From IMG/VR virus record IMGVR_UViG_3300035676_000028, positions 1-30,703 of that record: DNA of 30,703 nt. One strand, 5' to 3'. The DNA comes from a virus (taxonomy: Duplodnaviria > Caudoviricetes). This document shows, in pieces, positions 17,081 to 23,901 of the stretch. The notes under the pieces were generated by a model. It had not been told where the DNA came from. It searched no databases and saw only the letters and a program-made list of their open reading frames with translations. Both the position numbers and the translations under genes were made by a program. How positions within the stretch are numbered: the first letter of the stretch is position 1; each line of letters begins with the position of its first letter.

Positions 17081-17085
17081 CAGAC

Positions 17086-17796
17086 TCACATCCCCACGAT
17101 GGCAGCGCAGTCCGGTCCAAGCCCGCGATGGATGCTGGCCGGCACGGTCAGCTTCTTGCCACATCGCCAGCAGCGACCGGACAGGAGCGCGTATGCTTCG
17201 CCAAACTGAGCGGTGTCGCCATTGTAGCCGGCAGAGCCCAGGACATTGAGAGCATGGACCACGCGCGAGCGGTTGGGGTCAGTGCTGAACCGTCGCCACA
17301 CGCTGTAGACCGCGCCCTGCTGGAAGGCAAAGCCCATGAAGTCGCGCTCATTGTCGCACCCACAGAGGTACTCAACAATCTGAGTACCTGCCGGCATGTC
17401 CGTGGCCCACTCAGCATAGCGCAGCCGCAGGGTCACGTGGGAGCCATCCTCAAGGACAACCGTGTAGGTGCCGTTGGGGATGTTTGGCTCCACCTTTGTG
17501 ATTTCATCGACACGCAGTATCTTGCGGGCATTGTCGCCCTCGCGCCTGAATACCGCTGCCGCACAGTTGCAAACGCCACGTGCCTGAGGCAGCGTGAACC
17601 TGCCTGCCTCAAGCACTTTGGCGCGCATGTCCCGCATGAACTCAAAGTCACCGTCATAATCGGTGGCCCACTGCTCAGCGGCCCTTCTCAGCTCAGGGTG
17701 GTCACCGACATACATGTCGTCAAACTTGCCCTTGTTGAGCAGGGTCCAGTGTTCGCGGATGATGTCCAGAGCCGTTGCTGTCGTCACTGTTCTCAC
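17086..17796 (-). CDS. DUF6011-like zinc-ribbon domain protein
   Basis: C-terminal GRCWRCGKKLTVPASIHRGLGPDCA. Confidence 0.75.
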   Translation of the reverse strand: MRTVTTATALDIIREHWTLLNKGKFDDMYVGDHPELRRAAEQWATDYDGDFEFMRDMRAKVLEAGRFTLPQARGVCNCAAAVFRREGDNARKILRVDEITKVEPNIPNGTYTVVLEDGSHVTLRLRYAEWATDMPAGTQIVEYLCGCDNERDFMGFAFQQGAVYSVWRRFSTDPNRSRVVHALNVLGSAGYNGDTAQFGEAYALLSGRCWRCGKKLTVPASIHRGLGPDCAAIVGM

Positions 17797-17802
17797 CCTT
17801 CC

Positions 17803-18786
17803 TCAGTACAGATAGGCCAGTCTGAGAGCCTGGTCATCCAGGCTCTCAATCCGGTCGCGCTCTGCCTTGACCTCATCGTCGCTGAACTTGAAGCCTGTGA
17901 CGGTGATGACTGGCATATCGCTCCAGCCGACATAGGCACCCTCACGAGTCAACAGGTCAAAGTTGGTCTTGTAAGCATAGCCGTACTCATCCAGCGCCTC
18001 AACCACAGGCTCCAGGGCCGCGATACCCTGCTGGAAGTCATACCGCTGACGCTCGTGGTAGTCATCCGTGCCTTCAGGATAGTCGCCAGACCAGTGAGTG
18101 AAGATGGTCACGCTGCCGGCTTTGACACCGTTGCCGTGTATCCGCACTCTGTTGTAGGTGGACTCCCAGCGACCTTCCACGCCCGTGACCAGCTTGTCTT
18201 CAGCCAGTACAGGCTTGACAACCTTCAGAACGCGCTGCCAGGTCACCTTGTCGTTGCCACGGGTCTTGTGGCCACGCTTGACCTGCTCATCCAGCTTGTC
18301 AAGAGCGCGCTGGACTCGCGCCTTGCGCTCCAGCTCGTGGTCCACATTGAGCAACCTCTGCTGGCTGATTCCTAGCACGATGTCCTCTGTGAACTTGCCG
18401 TACAGCTCCACAGCGACCTCAAACTTCACGTGCTCAGCAATGCCGTGCGGGAAGTCATAGCCGCGCGTGGGGATGTTCGTGGCGGCCCGCTTGAGGTTGT
18501 CGATGAACGCAACCAGCTCGTGCTCGCGCGCCTCAGTCTCGCCAGCGCCGTCTGCGATGGCCTTGTCGATGGACTCCTGAAGCCCCTCAAGCCAGCGGTG
18601 CCGCTCAAGGTTGCGATGGTACTCCACCACGGCACCCAGGCCAAAGTCCCAGTGATGGTTGCCACAGACCGTCGCTGCGATGGTCTGGGCCTGTGTTGCT
18701 AACTCCTCATTCAACTTGGTCGTGTTCTCTTCCAGGCTGTCCTTGCTGTAGAAGTGCATGTAAAGCGTCATGTCACTCACCCTCAT
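17803..18786 (-). CDS. Hypothetical protein (~325 aa)
   Basis: Long ORF in the operon; start 18786, 18780 or 18771; no motif recognised. Confidence 0.7.
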   Translation of the reverse strand: MRVSDMTLYMHFYSKDSLEENTTKLNEELATQAQTIAATVCGNHHWDFGLGAVVEYHRNLERHRWLEGLQESIDKAIADGAGETEAREHELVAFIDNLKRAATNIPTRGYDFPHGIAEHVKFEVAVELYGKFTEDIVLGISQQRLLNVDHELERKARVQRALDKLDEQVKRGHKTRGNDKVTWQRVLKVVKPVLAEDKLVTGVEGRWESTYNRVRIHGNGVKAGSVTIFTHWSGDYPEGTDDYHERQRYDFQQGIAALEPVVEALDEYGYAYKTNFDLLTREGAYVGWSDMPVITVTGFKFSDDEVKAERDRIESLDDQALRLAYLY

Positions 18787-19550
18787 CTGTCAATGGCTCT
18801 GCCAGAGCCGTATGCCTTGCCGTCTGCTTGACCGCGCTCGCGCGCGCTGCTGTCACTGCCGTACCTTGCCGTGCTTGGTGCCGCATTCTTGAGGTTCAGA
18901 TTCTTGTATGCCTTGACCACCGCATCGCGCTTCACGAGCACGATGGCCTGACCATTGCCGGCTTCAACGCTCTGCTGGACTTGGACCTTGAATGCCTCAT
19001 CCAGACCGTACAGGAAGCCAGTGATGTACGATGCCTTCACCTGCTGGCCCTTGCTAATGCCGACAGGGTCACCTGGGCCATAGCCGAACAGCCCATCCTG
19101 CTTGCGCCGCTCTTCCAGATACCTGCGGGACAGCCGCTTGATGACTGTCAGCGTCATCTGGTATGTCTCCACGGCCAGCTTCACGTCGCTGTCCATCCCG
19201 ATGAACTTGAGCTGCATCGATGTCTTTGCCCTGAAGTCCCTGGTGTACTCGCCTGTCCAACCGCGCGACATGTACCAGTCGCACCTGAAGTTGCGGCATA
19301 TGATGCGAGCCAGCCGCAGCTTCCATTCTGTCCGCACACCGGACTCCTCAGCAATGAGGTCATTGACCTGCTCGTCAAGGACATCATCCTCGACAATCAG
19401 CTCATCCTCAACGATGCTGTACTTGGCCATCAGCTTCTGCATCTGTAGCAGGGCCGCTTGTGCCTCGCCATCGGTGCCGGCAGCCTCAGCCAGTCGCTTG
19501 ACCTTCCTGACCTTGTCCAGAATCTTCTCACGCGGTGTCACTTCACTCAC
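18783..19550 (-). CDS. DUF2786-domain protein
   Basis: KILDKVRKVKRLAEAAGTDGEAQAALLQMQKLMAKYSI; C-terminal GQADG. Confidence 0.8.
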   Translation of the reverse strand: MSEVTPREKILDKVRKVKRLAEAAGTDGEAQAALLQMQKLMAKYSIVEDELIVEDDVLDEQVNDLIAEESGVRTEWKLRLARIICRNFRCDWYMSRGWTGEYTRDFRAKTSMQLKFIGMDSDVKLAVETYQMTLTVIKRLSRRYLEERRKQDGLFGYGPGDPVGISKGQQVKASYITGFLYGLDEAFKVQVQQSVEAGNGQAIVLVKRDAVVKAYKNLNLKNAAPSTARYGSDSSARERGQADGKAYGSGRAIDR

Positions 19551-19996
19551 CCTTTCATCCGCTCATAGTACGCCATGTTGGCCGACACGTACTCAGGGCT
19601 GACATCGATGTCAACCTCAACATCTGCGAAGTCTCCACGCACATCCTCAGCCGTGACCTCAGCAGCCTCATAGGTGGCGAACCGCATGTCCAGCGGCTCA
19701 CCGCCCACGAACACCGCATACTCAGGCTGGGGTGGGCCGCTCTGGAGCGCATCATACGCGCTCCAGCCAGCCGCTGTCAGGTGGATGAACTTCTGCCTCT
19801 TGAAGTTGGCTTCCCAATCCTCAACCTCAACAAGCCCTTCCTTGACCATGGCGCTCACATAGCCGCCAACTGCTTCCTTGCTCAGTCCGGTCGCATCCAT
19901 CAGCTCGATGCCCTGGCACTCGCTGAAGCCCTCACGGTCGCTGTACCTTGCGATGGTGCTGATGATTGTGTCCCTGACCTCTGTCATCTCACTCAC
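19547..19996 (-). CDS. Winged-HTH (MarR-like) protein
   Basis: ELMDATGLSKEAVGGYVSAMVKEGLVEV...FIHLTAAG. Confidence 0.65.
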   Translation of the reverse strand: MSEMTEVRDTIISTIARYSDREGFSECQGIELMDATGLSKEAVGGYVSAMVKEGLVEVEDWEANFKRQKFIHLTAAGWSAYDALQSGPPQPEYAVFVGGEPLDMRFATYEAAEVTAEDVRGDFADVEVDIDVSPEYVSANMAYYERMKG

Positions 19997-20002
19997 CCTT
20001 CC

Positions 20003-20233
20003 TCAGAACCTGTCCGCACCCTCGCGCTTGAGCGCGCGGTTGGCTGCGCGTATCGGGCGCAGCCGCTCATCGTACCAGTCGCGCCACGGCTGGTCAGGCA
20101 GGTCATTGTGATGAGCAAGACCTGTCCCACCGCGCCACAGCAGCTCATCGATGGCAGCCAGCCACTCCTCAAAGGTGGGGTGCTGGTTGGCGTCCATCTT
20201 CATGGGCACGCCCTTCTTGACCTTCAACAACAT
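20003..20233 (-). CDS. Hypothetical protein, first gene of the early operon
   Basis: SD AAAGGGTGA then ATG; FEEWLAAID...DLPDQPWRDWYD. Confidence 0.7.
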   Translation of the reverse strand: MLLKVKKGVPMKMDANQHPTFEEWLAAIDELLWRGGTGLAHHNDLPDQPWRDWYDERLRPIRAANRALKREGADRF

Positions 20234-20249
20234 TTCAACTCACCCTTTC

Positions 20250-20840
20250 AGTTCAATGTCCGGCCATGTGGCCGTGTACAGCGTTCTGCGGGATGACTCA
20301 AGCCAGTGATGCGGGATGACCACGGCCCAGGGTGAGTTGGGCTGCGATGCCCTATCACAGACTGGCGAGAATGCCCTACAGAACGCTGTACACGGCCAGC
20401 CCGCGCGTGCGTGAATACTTCCTCGCGCGCGCGAGCCAGCCGACAAAGTGTAACACATACCGTTTGCTTCCCCAACACGCACATGGACATGTCAGCGCTG
20501 CTCTTCACTCTCAGGCTTGTGGCGGGTCTGAAGCCGCCACACCACCAGGGACACAGGGTCACTCCACCCACCTGGCTCCACCGTCGCGCCCTCGCGCGCG
20601 GTCGCGCGCGAGACACATCGTGTTGGGTACTACCGGACTCTGTCACAGGACCACACTCGACTGGTCGCGCTGCCCTTCCCGATACCTTCCTGGGCGATTC
20701 CACCATCTTGGGAGACTGGCTACCGCACACGGTTGGCCCATCACTATCGGTTCGCCCGCGCGAGTCGCGCGAGTGGGTATCCTGTGTGACTCTGGGAAGG
20801 TGCGGGACACCCCATGGGGATGTCCACTATTGTGTGTACA
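20250..20840 (-). ncRNA. Putative structured leader or noncoding RNA
   Basis: Lies between a sigma70-like promoter and the first SD; several perfect stems; no credible ORF. Confidence 0.4.
20269..20398. repeat. Perfect 20-bp inverted repeat closing a ~130-nt hairpin
   Basis: TGGCCGTGTACAGCGTTCTG (20269-20288) and CAGAACGCTGTACACGGCCA (20379-20398); inner GCCAGT/ACTGGC and GCCCA/TGGGC pairings. Confidence 0.9.
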
Positions 20841-20845
20841 AGAAG

Positions 20846-20874
20846 AATATACCCTAGTCTTGGGCCAAAGTAAA
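20846..20874 (-). promoter_or_regulatory. Sigma70-like early promoter
   Basis: TTTACT-17 nt-TATATT on the minus strand, in a locally AT-rich patch. Confidence 0.7.
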
Positions 20875-20975
20875 CCCCAAGAGCAACCAATCTACCTGGT
20901 ACAACGCAAATTCTTTCACCCACTCAGAGCTGGGCCAATGTTGGCCCTACGCGCGCGCGCCCGTTCCAACTACTA

Positions 20976-21308
20976 TCACCGCCACTGCTTGTCGTCGTGG
21001 ATGTCAGGCCCAGGTGCCGGCTCAACGCTCTTCAGCTCATCGATGAACAGCTCAGGCTCATCGGTGGGCTTGGTCACAGGCCCATAGTGAGGAAGGTCTA
21101 CAGGGTCAGGCTTGACGGTCTCTGCGGTCTCATCTTTGAGGTGATGGAGCCGCTCACGCAGCTCCACATTTGCCGCAGCCTCATCCCGCGCTATGCCCTG
21201 TGCGATATATACGGCTGCGAGCCGCGCCATGCTCATGCCTTGTTCCTTGCTCAACTGCTTGAGCCGCGCAACATCGGTCTTGCTCAGCATCACATTGAAG
21301 TATGGCAT
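20976..21308 (-). CDS. Ribbon-helix-helix (CopG-like) regulator
   Basis: PYFNVMLSKTDVARLKQLSKEQGMSMARLAAVYIAQGI; SD GAGGGGGTGA. Confidence 0.7.
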   Translation of the reverse strand: MPYFNVMLSKTDVARLKQLSKEQGMSMARLAAVYIAQGIARDEAAANVELRERLHHLKDETAETVKPDPVDLPHYGPVTKPTDEPELFIDELKSVEPAPGPDIHDDKQWR

Positions 21309-21337
21309 CAGTCATCACCCCCTCTCACTGCCGGCCC

Positions 21338-21346
21338 GATTCTAGC
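21338..21346 (-). promoter_or_regulatory. Putative -10 element (GCTAGAATC) upstream of the RHH gene
   Basis: Same 9-mer and similar distance to the SD as at 13925-13933. Confidence 0.45.
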
Positions 21347-21365
21347 TGATTCTGAATCCTCGCGC

Positions 21366-21502
21366 GAGTGCTCACGTGAGTCGCCAAATTCCTTCCTCTG
21401 CTGCAGACGCACTGCGCTCATGAGCATCGAACGCAATCAATGCTGTCACCCCACAGCACACTGCACACAAAGGAAGGAATTTGGCAAGCCACGTGAGGAC
21501 TC
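21366..21502. repeat. Long imperfect inverted repeat with a 15-bp perfect core
   Basis: GCCAAATTCCTTCCT (21383-21397) and AGGAAGGAATTTGGC (21471-21485), flanked by CTCACGTG/CACGTGAG. Confidence 0.85.
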
Positions 21503-21534
21503 ACGTCAGATTTGTGAAACGGATAGAATTGGCA

Positions 21535-21823
21535 AGATTTGGGTCAAAACCGTATAAAGTGTGGGATACGGTTTCTATACGATTCTTGGGTAAATTATAC
21601 GGATAATCGTATGAGTTTTCACGTGATGACATTCACCCAGGTCGCTGGCCACATTATTTGCCAATATGCATGGTATCCGCGACACATGGTGTATAAGCGT
21701 CCAGCTGACAAATCCTGGGCCAATGCTGAATATACGGTTTCTCACGTGAATTATCCGAAACTGTACCAAGATTCAGCCCAACTACCTGGGCCAATGTTCA
21801 GTATACGGTTTGTGCTCAAATCT
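21535..21823. repeat. AT-rich iteron-like repeat region (candidate origin or operator array)
   Basis: 27-bp direct repeats 21714-21740 and 21785-21811 (24/27 identical); TATACGGTTT motif in both orientations; TCACGTGA palindromes. Confidence 0.7.
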
Positions 21824-21947
21824 ATCCGGTTCTGCGGCTGGGAGAATGTGATACCACACTAGGCATGCCGTAGCACATTCTCTGACATTGTACCATGTAA
21901 ACTGGGGTATTCTGAGAATGGCACCGGACTGAGACCGGATACCAATG

Positions 21948-21996
21948 AATTGGGGGCTGCCACGCCACGGCCAAACAACGCAGCAGCCCCCAAATT
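21948..21996 (-). terminator. Putative terminator hairpin after the lysis cassette
   Basis: TTGGGGGCTGC/GCAGCCCCCAA 11-bp stem just after the holin stop; large loop and weak U-tract. Confidence 0.5.
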
Positions 21997-22003
21997 GTGA
22001 AGT

Positions 22004-22243
22004 CTATGCGTCGCCACCTGAGATGAGCGTGGTATCCTCAACACCCATCTTGCGCACGACCATCGACTTGATGAGTGACAGGGCCGCACCGACTGCAGCA
22101 AGAGCCGCTGAAGCCGCTGCCGCACCAACGCCACGCCAATCATACTCCGCAAGCCCAGCCCACGCAGCCGCAAAGGTGACGACAAACACTTGAGCGAATG
22201 TCCACCCAGCAGCCTCAAGAGCCTGCTTCCAGAATGTACTCAT
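22004..22243 (-). CDS. Holin (r1t-like)
   Basis: FWKQALEAAGWTFAQVFV...DWRGVGAAAASAALAAVGAALSLIKS; two hydrophobic segments; follows the endolysin. Confidence 0.8.
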   Translation of the reverse strand: MSTFWKQALEAAGWTFAQVFVVTFAAAWAGLAEYDWRGVGAAAASAALAAVGAALSLIKSMVVRKMGVEDTTLISGGDA

Positions 22244-22247
22244 GCCA

Positions 22248-22952
22248 TCACCCCACCTTGGTCAACACGATGGTGTTGCTGTTCTGTGAACTGACTTGCC
22301 ATCCAGCTGGCGGCACCGGAGTCGGCACCGGAGTCGGTGGTGCCGGCGCAGGAGCAGGAGCAGGAGCCGTTGGCGCCTTGTAGGGCACCTTCAGATAGGC
22401 GCAGATGCCCTTGGCGGTTGCCTCAGCCAGCCGCTGACGGTAGGCAGGGTCATTGACCAACTGCTCCTCAGTCGTGTTGCTGATGAAACCGTACTCAGGG
22501 ATGATTGCCGGCATCGCGGTCGCGCGCAACACATACAGGTTGTCGCGCGGCTTGATGCCTCTGTCGGCCCACGGTGAGCAGGTCTCAAGCTGGGTCTGTA
22601 CCTTCTGGGCCAAATCCTTGCCCTTGGTACTGGTGTGCCAGTACAGGGTCTCAATGCCACGGGCCGTGCTCGCGCCTGAGTTGAAATGCGGCTCCACATA
22701 GATGGTCGCGCCCCATGCGTTCGCTTCAGCGGCCCGCGCTGCCAGCTCCTTGCTCTTGTCTGGGTTGGCAGTGTCGCCTGTTCTGCGCGTCTTGACGCTG
22801 ATGCCACACCTCACCAGAGCAGCATTGAGCCTGAGAGTCACGTCCAGGGCAATGTCTTCCTCTTCTGTGTACAGCGCGTCACCAGCGCCCTTGCCATCGA
22901 CTGCTCCAGGGTCAACACCCCCGTGTCCGGCAGCCGTATACACTTTGGCCAT
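22248..22952 (-). CDS. Endolysin, N-acetylmuramoyl-L-alanine amidase (Amidase_3)
   Basis: AGHGGVDPGA, E, HFNS, ARGIETLY, DRGIK, LYVLRATAMPAIIPEYGFISN; Pro/Ala linker. Confidence 0.93.
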   Translation of the reverse strand: MAKVYTAAGHGGVDPGAVDGKGAGDALYTEEEDIALDVTLRLNAALVRCGISVKTRRTGDTANPDKSKELAARAAEANAWGATIYVEPHFNSGASTARGIETLYWHTSTKGKDLAQKVQTQLETCSPWADRGIKPRDNLYVLRATAMPAIIPEYGFISNTTEEQLVNDPAYRQRLAEATAKGICAYLKVPYKAPTAPAPAPAPAPPTPVPTPVPPAGWQVSSQNSNTIVLTKVG

Positions 22953-22967
22953 TCGTTACACCCCCTC

Positions 22968-23255
22968 TCACAGATGGCTTTGTAGCAGGAATGCGAGTAT
23001 GCCAAGACCGGCAATGCCCACAGTGCCACCAAATGCCCAGAGCAGCTTTGTGAAGTTGTCCTCACACCGCTTCACCCGATTGGTCAGCTCAATCATGTCA
23101 TTCTCGACATCAGCCTCAACCCTTGTAAGTGACTTCAGCAGCTCATCGTGCCGCTTCTCATACTCAACTCGCGCCAGGAAGGTCTCAGGGATGCGGTCCA
23201 GCTTGGCCTCAATCCTCACGAGCTGAGCTGCTATGAATTCATATGTGGGTTCCAC
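22968..23255 (-). CDS. Coiled-coil protein with C-terminal TM helix (XhlA/holin-like lysis accessory)
   Basis: GTG start after AGGAG; coiled coil, then LLWAFGGTVGIAGLGILAFLL. Confidence 0.65.
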   Translation of the reverse strand: MEPTYEFIAAQLVRIEAKLDRIPETFLARVEYEKRHDELLKSLTRVEADVENDMIELTNRVKRCEDNFTKLLWAFGGTVGIAGLGILAFLLQSHL

Positions 23256-23265
23256 TTTGCTCCTG

Positions 23266-23901
23266 TTATGACGGTATGTAGATGCCTGTGACTGCCCCAC
23301 CGGCAATCTGCCAGTGATATGAGCCTGTGGTGCCACTAGTGGTCTGATACCCCCAGACCGATGGGGTGATGGTCTCAGATGCGCTGACGCTGAAAACGGT
23401 GGAGATTGGGATGGCGATGTAGTATGCTCCGGTTGAGCCTGGTGGGTTGTTTGAGAACCTCGTGTAATTGGGCGGCTCACTACCACCACTTATGCCCTTG
23501 CCCACGCCAATCAGGTTGTTGGACACGCTTGGGACATCGTGATAGAATATCAAGTTGCCAAAGAACATACACATGCCGGTCGCTGGCGCAGTGAACTGTG
23601 GCAGCTGGAAGTATGCGCTTGAGACCTGAACCGGAGTCCATGTCGTGTTGGCAAGGGTGAGCTGGCCCGTGGGAGCATAGTCCACGCCCAAATGCCGAGC
23701 ATAGCCGTATGTGTGTGTGTGGCTGCCCACGGCTGCCTGGAGTGCGCCTGTGCCCAGAGTCCTCAGAGACCCTGTGCCAACCGCAGCATCGACCGTCATC
23801 GCATCGGCGCCACCAGGCTCATGATTGGTAGCATGGATGAATGCCTCCAGCGCTTGAGTCATCTCAGCGCTGTCCACGAGGTTGTTGAAGTGGATGGTCA
23901 C
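23266..23901 (-). CDS. Minor tail / fibre-associated protein
   Basis: Directly after Tal; HATNHEPGGAD and GSHTH motifs; beta-rich C-terminus. Confidence 0.6.
   Translation of the reverse strand: MTIHFNNLVDSAEMTQALEAFIHATNHEPGGADAMTVDAAVGTGSLRTLGTGALQAAVGSHTHTYGYARHLGVDYAPTGQLTLANTTWTPVQVSSAYFQLPQFTAPATGMCMFFGNLIFYHDVPSVSNNLIGVGKGISGGSEPPNYTRFSNNPPGSTGAYYIAIPISTVFSVSASETITPSVWGYQTTSGTTGSYHWQIAGGAVTGIYIPS

Noticed and set aside
17128-18375. Long plus-strand ORFs (415 aa here; also 1652-2578, 18693-19448, 28268-29395)
   Set aside because: They are antisense shadows of well-supported minus-strand genes in GC-rich DNA and show no recognisable motifs.
20240-21087. ORFs 20240-20482, 20248-20730, 20332-21087 and 20411-20857
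   Set aside because: Low-complexity Arg/Ala/Pro translations of CG palindromes, without the strong SD seen at real genes; better explained as noncoding.
21535-21823. Possible CRISPR mini-array
   Set aside because: Only two imperfect 27-bp copies, with other motif copies irregularly spaced and in mixed orientation; no cas genes in the window.
20234-22003. tRNA genes in the noncoding regions
   Set aside because: I found no cloverleaf with a T-loop (GTTCRA) consensus by eye; tRNAscan-SE would confirm.
21539-22218. ORFs 21539-21862, 21575-21769 and 21859-22218
   Set aside because: They lie over repeats or the holin, have atypical composition, and I saw no clear SD.
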